From the human T2T-CHM13v2.0 reference genome, Homo sapiens: a stretch of 64,000 bases of DNA. The notes under the pieces are model-generated. The model saw only the letters and a list, made by a program, of their open reading frames with translations. It made no database searches and was not told the origin of the DNA. Made by a program: the position numbers and the translations under genes. Positions within the stretch are counted from its first letter, which is position 1. Every line of letters starts with the position of its first letter. Of the stretch, positions 26,410-39,939 are shown in pieces. The DNA is taken from assembly GCF_009914755.1 (NCBI RefSeq), contig NC_060936.1. The stretch is one strand, 5' to 3'.

Positions 26410-26900
26410 TTCAAGACTTGAAGATAGAACCCAGTTTGCAGGTGCAGGAAAATTGGGGTGTGTGAGAGTAGGAGCCAGGCAGGCCATTGCAGGGCTAGAG
26501 TGGTGTTCATGGAAATAGGGATGAGGAAATGGGTCCCAGAAATTTTACCTAGGAAAAAGAGAATGGCAGAACTTGCAAAGGGATAAAGAAGAGAGAGACA
26601 TTATAAAAGACTCCAAAGCAAGGATGACTAACATTATTGAGTTACCAGCAGAGGGACTGTTTGGGAGAAAGAGCTTGCTTTGAAGGGAAACAGTTAGTTT
26701 GGTTTGGGAAATTTGGGCTTGTAGTGACTATGGCATGTCCAATTAAAATCCCTGGTAGGCAAGGGATATTGTAGAAATAGAGATTATGGGTGATGCTGAT
26801 TTGGAAGTTATTTGCATAGAGAGGGTAGTGGGTAATGGAGCAATCTAATTTGAATGAGCTCTCCATTGGAGATCATATAAGGACTAAAGGAGAAGGAGCA
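26410..26900 (-). mobile_element. L2 LINE fragment
   Basis: AGTTTGGTTTGGGAAATTTGGG..GATTTGGAAGTTATTTGCATAGA. Confidence 0.6.
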
Positions 26901-27414
26901 GCTCTCTAGTCTACAACCACCCCCAGTTAGGGTAATGCCCAGGTATGGTACTTCTCTGTCAGTACCCCTGCGTGTCACTCAAAAGGTTGTCAACAACTGA
27001 ACCTGGACCAACGTGAGTAACGGGAAGTATCTATTACCAAGTTCATTAACAAGAGTCCTGTTTATTTCTCAGTCGTCAATTGCAATCAATTGCCTGGACA
27101 AAGATGCCCTTAATTGATAAGTCATTCTTGCCCATAAGAGTTAAAACTTGTGTGAAATACACCAATCTCATAATTCCTGGGAGGGTACCCTTCCCTTTAT
27201 GTACTATAAGACTAGTTATTGTACTGTGCCACAAGGGATGATCATCCACAGAGGAACACTAAATCACTACATCTGTGACATAATTTCAGGATAAGGAGTC
27301 CTCAAAAGTAGTATTGCATTGATGCCCAAAACTCTACTAAAAGGCTAGATCCCTTCTGTTTAACATCTGGTTCTCAATTAAAGTGCACGTAACCCCCATG
27401 GTGATGACACCATG

Positions 27415-27610
27415 GAAAGTACTCTAACACTGGAATCAACCCAACTGAGAATCAAATCCCAATTTTACCACTCAGCTCTTTGAACTTGCCTCTCTAAGCC
27501 TCTATTTGGACAGCTGTAAAATGGGGTGATAATGTGTGTCTCAGAGTTGTTATATGAAATAAAGGAAATGATATATGTGGACCACATGACACGTGATAGC
27601 CCCAAAATAA
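27415..27610 (+). mobile_element. MIR SINE
   Basis: CTCTAAGCCTC..CTGTAAAATGGGGTGATAAT. Confidence 0.7.
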
Positions 27611-28519
27611 ATATCTATCCCCCTTTTGCTTGTCTACTTTCTGAGGAGACAAAAGGAGACAATTCCTGAATGACAGGGATGAGAAAGGCATACCTGGCCT
27701 GTCACATGGATTTGGTTCATCGTAGAACTACACACTACTCTAAATGATGAGTTTGCTGATAACTAAACTGTGATGAGATAGGTCTGTGATCAACTGGATT
27801 TTGAACCTAACCAAAGTTTATCTCATGTAAAAAAAATTCAACCTGCACACACTAAGAAAGGAATACATAAAATGAGCAAATGACATAACTCTTGTTTCCG
27901 GAATCCCAGGTAAGAGAAGTGGATAAAAGTGGAAGATTCTTTCCTTTAAAAGGACAGTCCCAAAGCACTCACCATTTCACATGTAAATGCCAACCCACTT
28001 AGCTTCTCCTGTTGCTCTCCATGACAGAGCCAGTCATGGCATGTGCTAGAAGTAAAAGGGATATAGGAAGACAAGAGGAGAGGCAAGAACAGTGATCAGA
28101 GTGGAGCCAAGATCCCAGGGCCTGCTGTCTTACTCCACCTGCATGGAGCCAGAGCACCTGGCTGCATGGGAGAACAGTTCGGCCATCAGTATGTTCCATC
28201 CTTATGGTGCCTGCGGCTGGGGTAACTCCTGAACTTTTCATGCTGTGTTTGCATGCTTGGCTGTCAAATGGACCTAATCATTCCAGAGGGTTGGAAACAA
28301 ATTAATGGCAGGAAAGAAAAGAATTGCCTCTTCATGCACCTTTCCCAATAACCACCAGCCAGAAGATAAAACAAACATTACCATCACCATGTGCACTATT
28401 TCAGAACCATTTTAACCAATCCTCCCAGCCTTCCTTAAATTTCATTAAATTATGAATATATTTAGCCAAATATATGGTGAAATTTAAGTAAATTTTGATA
28501 ACATAAAGATTAGGAAAAC

Positions 28520-28805
28520 AGGTTTGTGAGCAGCCTAAATTCCACAGTCCAATCCTCACTGTGCTATTTATTAGCTGTGTAACTTTAGGCACGTGCCCAT
28601 TTTTTCTGTGCCCCAGTTTCCTCACCTGTAAAATGGTAAATGGATAATATTACTGGCTACTTTATTATTAGCACCTATTTCATAGGTTAATTTAGAGGAC
28701 TAAATAAGTGAACAGACACAAAGCTCTTAGAATAGGTTCTACTAAAGCAAAAGCATATATTGGGCATACAGTTAGAGCTCAGTAATATTAGCTATTATTA
28801 TTATT
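28520..28805 (+). mobile_element. MIR SINE
   Basis: TTAGCTGTGTAACTTTAGGC..CAGTTTCCTCACCTGTAAAATGG..TTAGCTATTATT. Confidence 0.85.
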
Positions 28806-29509
28806 GGTGTTGTTATTAACAACAGTTTAATATCATAAGAATGTGAGGCATCATAAGAAACCGTCTAACTCCTGCACTCTGAGTATTTTTTTCAGCTCTA
28901 TTTCATCAATTACTCCATGACTCTGTTAATTCTATCATTTAACCCATTTTTAGGATGTTTTTGAGTATGTGTATATATATTATTTACATATGGCTTTTAG
29001 CAACCCTGATAAAGCATGGCACAGTGACCACATGTCCTAGATTTTCTTGGATAACCCAATTTTATTCTTTTTGCATTAAAAAACTTGATTTGTTAAATGC
29101 ATACCTAAATTGGATTTAACTTTATATCACTACAAGATTTCCAAATACATAATTTTACAAATCAAGCATAAATCTTTGCTCCTGACTTTACATCCAAAAA
29201 TGATTATAACCAGTATATGTAATTTTAAAAGAATAGCTTCTAATAATTCCCATGTTGGTAACAACACATGTAAGAATTACAAATAAAATGTGTTGAGGAC
29301 TTTTGACCTAGAGATTCACTTTGTCGCTAAGGAAAATTGTTTGCACCTTGGTCAGCATAGTGCTTTACACAGGGAGTAAGCAATTAGAGTAAAACCTTTC
29401 TGATTCACCCTAATGACCACAAGACCCAAAGAACACATGATCTACTGACTTTTGCTTATTAGTAAGGATGTGAAAAGATGAGATTAAAAACTGAACAGGC
29501 TAGTTTATA

Positions 29510-30311
29510 CATATGTTTTTTAAATGAGAGATAACATTATGTGTTTTTATCACATGCAACATGATGTTTTTAAGTATATATACATTGGGGAATAATTCAA
29601 TCCAGCTAATTAACAAATGCATTACCTCACATAGTATTCCACTGTGTAGATGTGTATATATTTTCTTTATCAATTTATTTATTGATAGACACTTCTTAGG
29701 TTGGTTCCATATCTTGGCTATTGTGAATAGGGCTGCAATAAACATCATGAGCAACAAAAACAAAAATGTAGAATTACATCAAACTAAAAAGCTTCTGCAC
29801 GGCAAGAGAAACAATAAAGAGACAACCTACTGAATGGGAGAAAATATTTGCAAACTATACATCTGATAAAGGGTTAATATCCAAAATACATACAGAACTC
29901 AAACAACTCAGTAACAAAAAAATAATAATAAACTGATATGAAAATAGGCAAAAGATTTGAATAGACATTCTCAAAAGAAGACATACAAATGGCCAACAGA
30001 TATATCTAAAAAAAAATTAACATCGCTAATCATCAGGGAAATGCAAATCAAAACCACAATGAGGTATCACCTCACCCCAGTTGGAAAGGCTATTATCAAA
30101 AAGACAAAAAGATAACAAGTGCTGGCAAAGATGTGGAAAAAAGGAAACCCATCTGTACAGTTGATGGAAATGTAAACTAGTACAGCCATTATAGAAAACA
30201 GTGTGGAGGTGCTTCAAAAATTAAAAATAGAACTACCATATGATCCAGGAATCCCACTACAAGGTATATATCCAAAGGAAATGAAATCAGCATGTTGAAG
30301 AGATAACTGCA
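29510..30311 (-). mobile_element. L1MA (MA4-6-like) insertion with 5' inversion: 3' end on - strand (29510-29747), inverted ORF2 segment on + strand (29748-30311)
   Basis: L1 ORF2 C-terminal sequence in both orientations; 16-bp TSD AACAGGCTA(G/T)TTTATA at 29494-29509 and 30312-30327. Confidence 0.88.
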
Positions 30312-30448
30312 AACAGGCTATTTTATATGTTAGAAATACATCTCAGTGTTATTTGCACTTGTTTATTTTCCAATTTAGGATATTTATACTAAAGACACTC
30401 AGGAATCCAAAACTTCTTTAAAACAAAGTAAATTTTGTCATCCTTGCT

Positions 30449-30599
30449 ATTAATTAGTGGGGTGGGGAGACAGTTCTCAAAAGAAGATTAAATTGGCTAT
30501 GGCTCAACAGAAAAATACTAGAAGAAACTACTCCTTAGGTTTTGAATGAGAAGGCTTAGACTCTCTGTTCCTGGCTCTGCCATGGACGAGTTGTATGGC
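30449..30599. repeat. ~150-bp dispersed direct repeat, copy 1
   Basis: about 91% identical to 32494-32646 by manual alignment. Confidence 0.92.
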
Positions 30600-31307
30600 A
30601 TATGGCTTTGGGCAAATCATACATTCACTTAGCTTTATGATTGGAGTGAAATACCACTAGACCCTCTTTTAGAGTTTAGCAGCCTATAAATTATATGACT
30701 ACTCAGTTTTGTTTTATTTAAAAAAAAAAAAAAAGCTTGTTACTCAGTGCAGATGTTTCAAAAGGATCCTTCTTTTGACAGTTTACCTTTGTCTTCAAGA
30801 TTCAATGGGGGCTGCTTAACTGCTGTATCTTGTTTAAATTGTACCCCTATCTTTAAATCCTATCTGGACAGGGCAAAAGAGACCGTGGCCCCTGTCAACC
30901 CATAGAAATTCTCACTGCCACCCATGGACATGAAATCTGTCATAGTAGACCCATGACTTTGTAGTCCATTCAATACAACTAATGTATAAATAACTCCAAC
31001 TTGGAAATCTCCAGTGGGGCTGCAAAGGTCATCTTGCTCTCAGAAATTAAGTCTCCTGGAGAAGAAAAATAGATAGGTTTATAAATACTTCTACCTCAAA
31101 GGACTTTATATGAAATTCTACTGGAGAGGTACAATGTACTCCGGGAGTTTGAAAAAGACAATAATTCTGGAAGACTCAGGGAAAACCCCATGGAGAAGTT
31201 GGGATTTTGGCTAGTTCCCAAACTGGGTTGGATTTAGACCAGTTAAAATGGCAATCCTTCAGGAGGAAAGATTGTTATTATAAAGGAATAGATTCAGAAG
31301 AGGAACA

Positions 31308-31752
31308 TATAGTGGGTTGAATTGTGTCCCCCCAGAAAATATGTCCAAGTCCTAACCTCTGGTATCTGTAAATGTGACCTTCAGAAATAAGATCTTTACA
31401 GATGCAATTAAGTTAAGGACCTCAAAATAAGATCATCCTGGGTTTTGGGTGGGCCCTAAATCCTAAGAAAATATTCTCAGACAGAAAAGGAGAAGGCACA
31501 CAGAGACACAGAGAAGAAGAAGGCCATGTGGAGACTGGAGTGCTGCTGCCATAAGCCATGGAACACAAGGACCCACCAGAAGCTGGAAGAGGCAAGCAAG
31601 GTTTCTCCACTAGAGCCTTCTGAGGGAGTGCAGTCCTGTCAACAGCTGGATTTTGGACTTATAGCCTCCAGAATTGTGAGAGAGTATGATTCTGTCGTTC
31701 TATGCCATCAGTTTGTGGTCATTTGTGGCAGCCATTTTGGGGAACTAATACT
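31308..31752 (+). mobile_element. MLT1C solo LTR
   Basis: TAGTGGGTTGAATTGTGTCCCCC..AGAAGCTGGAAGAGGCAAG..GGAACTAATAC. Confidence 0.88.
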
Positions 31753-31819
31753 GGAGGTGTTTCCAGGAATGAAAAATGAGGGGCCCACCTGGTTCTCTCT
31801 TGAATGTGGTTAATTAAAG

Positions 31820-32490
31820 GAATGGAGACTGTGGGGAGAAGGGCAAGAGAATAATGAAGGGATAGGACTTCAAAGACAGCTACAAATGGTGTAGCAAGTT
31901 CTTTGAATAGGAATAGAGACACACAAAGGCATTTGAGGCATAGTGAGAATATCAAGACTGGGTGACTCAAGTTGTGTGTAAGACAGATGTATAGGGGAAG
32001 AGACTAGAGAGAGGAAACTTTGAGAAAGTTCAAAGAAAAGTAACAAGGGATTAAATCAAAGCAATAGCCACAGTGTTGAGACTTGGCAGATGTTGGGCTG
32101 ATGATTTCGTGATTAGCTCGATGGGTTAGGGAGTGAGTTAGAGAAGTCCAAGTGATTCTTATGGAAGCTCCAGTCATAAGGGTTTAGACAAAGGAAAAGA
32201 AAACAGTTAATGAGAAAAAGAATTAATCAGAGAAGAAGAAAGAGAACCAGTGGAATACCAAAAGAGGCTAGAGATTCGAGTAGGAGGCAGCATCTAATGA
32301 TACAGACAGATAATACGAGCTTAATATAGAAAGCCTGGTGATTAAGTGGTTTCTGGTGATTTGGAGCCCACTAGCCATGGAATAGCAGAAATGAAATACA
32401 AATTATAAGGGTGTAAAAAAAGAAATAAACATACCAAGTTTAGTGTACCCATTTATTTTTGGTAGAATGGAATAATGTGTGAGATGTAAC
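31820..32490 (-). mobile_element. Degraded L2 LINE
   Basis: purine-rich L2-antisense-like sequence (GAGAACCAGTGG, GGTTTCTGGTGATTT). Confidence 0.45.
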
Positions 32491-32493
32491 TTA

Positions 32494-32646
32494 ATTAATT
32501 AGAGTGGGGTGGGGAGGTAGTTCTCAAAAGCAGATTAAATTGGCTATGCCTCCACAGAAAAATACTAGAAGAAACTACTCTTTAGGTTTTAAATAAGAAG
32601 GCTTAGACTCTCCATTCCTGGCTCTGCCACGGACCAGTTGTATGGC
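32494..32646. repeat. ~150-bp dispersed direct repeat, copy 2
   Basis: matches 30449-30599. Confidence 0.92.
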
Positions 32647-34399
32647 TTAGTAGTGTCAAGAAAAGGTCCTTTAGACCTTAATCAGGCTTCAGCATGTTAA
32701 CATGCTATCTCCAGTGAGCCCCTGCTAACCTGAAAATGGCATAGGAAACATTAATTCAATAGCAAAGATACATTTGCCAGATGAGCTAATTGTCACTCAA
32801 AAAGAACTGTCATTCAAGGAGGATACCTGAGAAACTGGAATATTGCATGAACCTGTGCTTACACAGAAAGAGATCAGGACAAGACCAGCATTTGCTTTAG
32901 TAGGGTGTGCAGCAGATGGTCCTAGAGAGCTGGAGCGGGGGAGGGAGGTAGCATAAAACCGTGGGAAAACCAGAGATGGGAAGCAGGGATGGAGCAGGGT
33001 GAAACAAATGCATCAAATGACAACTTTGCCTACTTTGCTGTTCTGCCTAGGGACAGCCTTTGGCTTGCAGGTCCTGCAGTCACTCAGTGATTTGTTCTGG
33101 CAATTATCTAGCAAGTATCCCCCAAAGAGAATTCAAGGAATGGGTAATAATCTGAAAGTACACACTGCCTCTGATTTCTAGGCCTTTTTCACATCCTCAA
33201 GAGTAGTTTTCAAGACTTTTCGAGAAAGTACAAGACAATTGCTGCCAATCTGAGAAGATCTTGCCAAAGATCCTCCTGGAGCATCAGAAACAGAGAATTT
33301 CTAAGTGGAAGAGACCAGAGGTCACCCAGCCCTGCTCTCTGCATAGTGCCGCATAGTGTTGATCATTAGCCAATATGCATTCCATAGAAAAAGTCCTCAG
33401 CTCCTCATTTTCTCCTGCTGTTAACCATCCCAAATATGGAGGACCCATAATGTACAATTTCCTGATAGCAGAGAATATTCAGAAACAGCATTCTCACTTA
33501 CAGAGAAACGTAAACAAGGTTAGAAAATCCAGATACCTGAAAGAAACTCCAGCCTCTTTTCTTCCTATCCCAGGGACTCTGCCTAAACCCTCAAAGACTG
33601 GTCAGAACTTACCATAGCTTTAAAATATTTTCTTCAAAATTCCACAGTCATTTTTAGTAGCTGAGGATGATGTAGAGGAGGTATGAAAAATAGAAGGTTT
33701 CAATTTTGTAGAATATTAGGCAATTCATAATAATAGTTGGCTTCGTTATTGTACACTTTGAATGGAGAGCATAACTTGAATGACCACCTGTGAACTCTGG
33801 GCTTTCAAGGGTTCTGGGAGCTGCCTCAATTTCCTGGGAGCCTCAGTGAAGACGACATTAGGGTAGACAGTGAAAATCCTGTGGCTATGATGTGAGGATG
33901 TGAACAAAGAAGGGGAACAAATACTCATCCCAACCTCAGAAGTCATTCATTCAACACATATTTACTGACTTCCTTCCAGATTGGGCTAGAAAGGCAAGGA
34001 ACTCATTATGGGTTAGGAAGAAACTAGATGATCCAACTCTTATCATAGTCATGAATTGTTTTTAATGTGACACTGCACAGTGTTCCTCAAAAGTAGAAAT
34101 AATTGTTCTTGAGTTTCAGAATTGGTGAAGTATGAGAGCAATGGCACAGGCTATGGAACAGATGGTAGCAATGGCCCATCTCTGCCACAATTATGAATTG
34201 CTTGGAGTGCCTGGAGATGAGGGATGGTCCAGCTTCCCTTAGCAGTAGGAGCCTTCATTGGAAGAGCAGGGCCTGGAACTAACTTGATAGGGAGTGGATT
34301 CGACACGCTGTCAATGAAAACTCTGGTTGACTGGTTGTCTGGTTGTCCAAAGCCTGGGTTCTGCATGGGTTGTCTGATGGATAGCTCTTGTTTTTCCTG

Positions 34400-34776
34400 T
34401 ACAGTATTGCTTCTCCCTATTTTGCTAACAGAACCCTTATTTCCTCTAGGAAAGCCATTTCATGCAACTCAGGTGAGGCTAACCCTGCCATAGGTTTAAC
34501 CTTTCAAAATACTCATCTTCCTGGTTCCTGTGACCGGATATGATTCCTGTGGACAGAATCCTCAATGGACTTTTCTAGCAGAGCTCTTTTTGGCTAGGGG
34601 AAAGAGCTTATCCATGAGGTAAAGAGAAATATGGAACCATGAAGACATTGTTGAAACACCTGGATCCAGCCTTACCTGAAGGTAAGGTCTATCTCTGGAT
34701 GTTTTCATTACTTGAAGCTTGGCTGCTTGGAATTGGGTTTCTGTTACTTGCAACTGCGCAAATCCTATCTAACACA
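34400..34776 (+). mobile_element. MLT1K/L-like LTR
   Basis: CACCTGGATCCAGCCTTACCTGAAG; TTGGGTTTCTGTTACTTGCAAC..CTAACACA. Confidence 0.65.
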
Positions 34777-34999
34777 AAAGAGAGTATGTTCCAGGTATTC
34801 TCCTAAACCAGCCTTGAAGAAAAATAATTAAGAAGCAGGAGGAAACCGAGGTCATAGAGTCCCATTTCCAAGCCAGCAAACTAGTGAGCTTTTTGAAAGA
34901 AACTCTGTTTGATGCACAACCTTAAACTGCTCCACTACTGGCAGCTCTACTCAGTATCAAGCTCTTATTTATTTTATAATATTAATGGTATTTATTAGA

Positions 35000-35113
35000 T
35001 TTTTTAATGACATATGTTACATATTTTCATCATAGAAATTTTTTTAAAACATGTTCACACCACCCAGAGGGAAACAGCACTAAACACTTTGACATACTTT
35101 CAGCCTTTTTCAT

Positions 35114-35156
<43 letters not shown>

Positions 35157-35520
35157 CAGACAGACAAACAGATAGATATAGATATATCCCTTTTTCAATT
35201 ACTGTTTCCCCAACCTTTTAATTATTTGTAACATGAACATTTTCCCAGGTCAACCAATATTTCTGTGCAGCACAATTTTAATGAAGGATGATATTCTATT
35301 TAACAGTGGTCCATAATTTTTTTATCCAGAACCCTACTGACAAAATTTTAGGTTGTTTCTAATTTTGTGCTGGTATACATAACATCATAAGCATTCAACA
35401 TTTTTACAACAAAGCTTCATCCTTAAGACAAATTCCAGGAAGCATAATTGCTTGTCAAAGGGTATGAGGTTTTCAAGTTTTTGATAAATGGCAATTAGAC
35501 TTTTTAAAGACACCCAAAGA
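35000..35520 (-). mobile_element. Ancient L1ME fragment
   Basis: TTTAGGTTGTTTCTAATTTT; AATTGCTTGTCAAAGGGTATG. Confidence 0.55.
35118..35165. repeat. (AGAT)9(AGAC)3 compound tetranucleotide STR
   Basis: direct reading. Confidence 0.95.
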
Positions 35521-35602
35521 AGTTCTCTCTTTGTCCTTTTTGCACCAGTGGGAAGGAAGATTCACTACTATGTGACATTTCTAACACAGATGTTTTGGAG
35601 TA

Positions 35603-36150
35603 TGTATCGGTTTCCTAGTGCTGTAGTAACAAATGTGCCACAAATCTGGCAGTTTGCAGCACCCATTCGCTATCTCACGGTTCTCTAGGTCGGAAGTCCA
35701 GAGGGCTTGGCTGGGTACTCTGCTTAGGATCTCACGAGGCCAAAATCAAAGTGGTTGACCTGGCTCTTATCACCCATGGAAGCTATGGTGGGAATTCCAG
35801 GCTCATTCCAGGCTCATTTGGGTTGTTGAAATAATTCATTTTCTTCTCATAGTTTCCACATGACCACTTCTATCTTCAAGCCATCAACTGTGAGTTGAGT
35901 CCTTCTCACCTAGAATGTCTCTGACATCTCTCTCTGCCACATAACTCTGACTCTAGTCAAAAAAAGTTCTCTGCTTTTAAGGGCTCATGTGATTAAATTG
36001 GCCCCACATAGATAATCCAGAACAATCTGCCTATTTTAATGTCTATAACCTTAATTCCATCTGTAAAGTCCCTTTAGCCATGTAATATAATATATTCACT
36101 GGTGTCAGGGATCAGTGTGGACACTTTTAGGGTAACCATCCTGCCTGCCA
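35603..36150 (-). mobile_element. MLT1E-like LTR
   Basis: TGTATCGGTTTCCTAGTGCTGTAGTAACAAA; GCTTTTAAGGGCTCATGTGATTA..GATAATCCAG. Confidence 0.8.
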
Positions 36151-38639
36151 AAGGGTAGAACCATGAAACTGCATTAAATAACTCTACGATGCACAGTCAC
36201 CTGACTAACCATCTTTCATCCCAAGGCAATGTTTGGAGGGACGAGTTCAGTCTTTTCAAAGTGGTGTGGGGAATTGTTCTTTTCACACCTACTGCTCAAA
36301 CCCAAGCAAGTTCCCAACTGGACAAAAGGATTGTCTTGCAAAACTTTCTATTATCTCTTGTTGCTAGGAAACAGTGCTTCTGGGTTCCTCAGGGGCAGGC
36401 TTCCCTTCAGATTTATATTCAGTGCTGTACCATTGTAATAAACTACATTTTGTCATATGCTCAGGCTGTTACCAGTCAAAAAGAATGCAAAAATTCAAGT
36501 GATTTTACATACAAATATAAGTCTATGCATAACTGTGTCCCACACATGTGTACAGGTGTCTATATACATGTAAATAGTTTTGTGACTAAGTTGTGTTTTT
36601 TTTCTCCCTTGAATATAACTCATTTATTTCTTATTAGTTTTCTGCAAAGGTTTTCTTCTTTATGGCTAATTTCAAAGGAAATAGTGTGAGAGTTTTCAGC
36701 AAAAGCAGTTTCCATGGTTACACTGAAGTCTTACTAAAAATAGTACATGATGTAATCAGCAAAACTTTAGCTACTTAAGGAACTAGACAAAATGGATCTA
36801 CATTACTGTATGAAGTTTGTTCTGTCCTTCAAGCTGTGTCTATGACACATGAAGAGAATACTCTGAATTATTTTTATTGCCCTGAGATTCCAGCTCCTTA
36901 AACACTTTCGTAGGCAGCTCACAAGCTGTTCAGTCTCTGGAATTATTTCTAACACTGTGTAAAGGAAAGGCAGACAGAGACAGGGAAGAGGAGGGATGAA
37001 GATGAGAGAAGGGAAGGACATAAATACTTACCTTATCTTGGGGTAAATACTATACTCTGTGCCTCATTTCTCTCCCTGAGATAACATCTCCCTTTTTTCA
37101 AACAGATCCTTTAAATTCACTATCAAGGCTGCATAGTAGAAGGAATTTGATTAGTCTACACCCTCTAAATTCTACAGCTAGTGACCTACTCCATTTTCCT
37201 CACTTTATCTTGTGAGCTTTCTTCTCTTGAGTGATTGATTCAAGGTTTGGTACCAGAAGGAATGACAAGAGGGAGACCCATTCATTTTATTATTTCTCTT
37301 CTATTATTTCTGCTCGCTCTCTTTTATATAGTGATAGAAGAGTGCAGGCACCTGAGATTAAAACAGCTTCCCTTTTGCGTTTGGAGTTCTTTGTCCTCAT
37401 TGTGTTTGTACTGTCACCGGGCACAGCTGGGTCTCTGTTTCCAATATCCTTTTTCCACACTTCATATAATTAGAAAAGAGAATCAAGAATGGCAGTCCCA
37501 CCTGCTTCCAAGGCCATTCTGCTCCCACCACCAATGGTTGAAGCTGGAAGCCAAAGAAGTGGCCACATGGATCATTGTCCCCCTCCTGAGCACCTCACTC
37601 ACGGTCATCTGTCTGACGACAGAGCCAGCCCCAACCCCCGAGATGACCTGTTTAATTCTGCAATTTTTGATGGCATTCCCTTTCTCCTCTTCCTACAGTT
37701 GTTCAAGGGGCAGGGGGCACTCTTCCAAGCAAAATCCAATCTCAAAACCAAGTTTTTACTCGGTCTCCAAGTTTTTACTCGGTTTTTACTTATTCTAGAA
37801 AAGCCTTAGAAATATTCCTGGTTTCCTTTTGGAGCCAAAATAACAGCATTTGTTTCTTGTCCCCTTGGGGACTCAGCAGGTCCCTCTCAAAAGGACACCA
37901 TCATTTTATTTAGAATCTATAGAACTGGAGAGAGAGGTCTGGAAATGTTTCTTGAAACACCATGGCTATTGCATATATTGGCAATTTTTTAAATCTATTT
38001 CTATATCAGGAATATTAACAATCATAAGGTCAGAGCAATTTAATAATCTATAGACTATTGCTAGCCTGAACTAACTCTACAGTGTTTCTTTAAAAACACC
38101 ATCTGCTTAAGTAACTGGCTTTAGAAGGGCACTTGATGCTAATGTTTTTAAATAGCTTTTTATGACATACCTTTAAGATTCATTTGTTTCTCATTACCTT
38201 CTATGGAACACTAACTCCTGAATATAGTCTCAGGGATGGTACCATACCTGGCCCAGGAACACTCAAAGTAATATACCCAAGCAATATAATTCAAACATAA
38301 AGCACATCAAGTGAGGATGAGATGTGGTGAGTTGAATGTATTAAGTTCCTACAGCTTTTTTTATGTATGTAGCTACTTGAATGGAGACGTTCAGTAAAAG
38401 GTTCTCATTTGAAGCCTAATTAAAGAAATCTATTTTAAAGCGAGATGGAGGTAAGAGGAGAAAAGATAAATGAGGGCTGGAGGCTGATGTTACACAGCGA
38501 TGGCCATCCAGGTGTTCCAGGTGGGTGAATCGGAAGATGGAAAGAACTGCTTCCTACAGGAGTTATTTGCATTGAGAGCAGGTGTTCAGTAGAGAAGTCC
38601 CAAAACAGGCAATGTGCCAGATCTTTTTACCAAGTGACT

Positions 38640-38990
38640 GAGTCCCTCCAAGTGCACTCCCCATCCTCCCCTACGCTGCTCCCTGCCTGGGAGAGTGTCA
38701 GCCTCCTCTGGGATGGACCACATCAGTGAGGTCCTGCACCCACTGGCTTCTGCTTGGGTCAGCCAGTGGGGCTTCCTGAAAGGAGATGTGGGGCATGGGG
38801 CTGGGAGGAGAGTTAGGTCAGAAGAATTATTTCCCTGGTTCCTTGACTGTGGGGGTTTCTTGGGCTAAAACCAATAATTAATTGCTTTTTCTCCTGATCT
38901 TTCTTCAAACCTGGGGATCTTACCAGTCACAACTAGTAGCCCTGAGTTACTATACTATCTCTTGTGGTCCTCACTTCTTTGTTTGTTTGT
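38640..38990 (-). mobile_element. LTR33-like ERVL LTR
   Basis: CTGGCTTCTGCTTGGGTCAGCCAGTGGG..GGAGGAGAGTTAGGTCAG..TATTTCCCTG. Confidence 0.55.
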
Positions 38991-39939
38991 TTTTTTTTAA
39001 GAAAGCAAAACAAAACACAAAACCCTCTTCACATCATTTTGAGTGTTTCATCCATTTCTTGTTAGTACTCTAACACCAGAATCTTTAGCAACTGAACTCC
39101 TGATCATCTCATATTTAAAGGGTCTCTTCTATGAAAGTTGAGTATTAAAAAATAAAACTGTTTCAGCATAAGGAGTTATATGGGAGGATCTAAAAGTGAT
39201 CTTGAAAGAGGGACACTAAAGGTAACTAATGTTACAGGAAATAAGTGGTTGAGGGCAGTATAGAAATCAGTAGGATTCATTGAAATGGGATGTGAAATAT
39301 ATAGAACTGGTTAAAGAACCAAAATAAAAGAGTGAGGACTTCTGGATGTCAAAAAATGTTACTTTGTGAGTGATTTATTATCCATATTAAGCTCAGTTAC
39401 TCACCTCACATTATTGTTTGACATTTTGGAGACAGATATTCTAAACATATTATTCCTTAAAAAATAAGTTCAATACTCTGGAACACTATGATGCAATGTT
39501 GCTTATCTTGATGTTGATGATGATAGTAAATACCATAACTATGATTCTAGCTGCCAACCACTAAGCTCTTATTCTGCTCAAGATGCTAGGCTAAGCCCTT
39601 TGTACTCCTTTGTCCTCCCTCACAACAGTCCTTAGAAATAAGCCTTGCTATTTCCTCCATTGTCAGGAAAATAGAGTTGAAAAAGGCTACCAGGCATAGC
39701 ATGGAAGTGAGGAATTGGAATTCCAATCCAAAGCACCTGGATCCTCGTTTCAGTCATCTTCCAACCTCCTCATTCACTACCCAATGCATGCAAAGTACAT
39801 GTGGCCCAAGAAAACACACAGCTGTGCTAACCTGTACTATCTTAAGTGACCACAAAGCTTAGAGGTTCCTTGGCACCACCCAGTGAGCAATTCACTCTCC
39901 TATTCTCCAATGTTTGTGCCTGACCTCCATGCATAAACT

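Noticed and set aside
37235-37798. 187-aa ORF, plus overlapping ORFs and the 166-aa ORF at 36189-36689
   Set aside because: No recognisable domain, composition typical of random AT-rich frames, and no exon or promoter context
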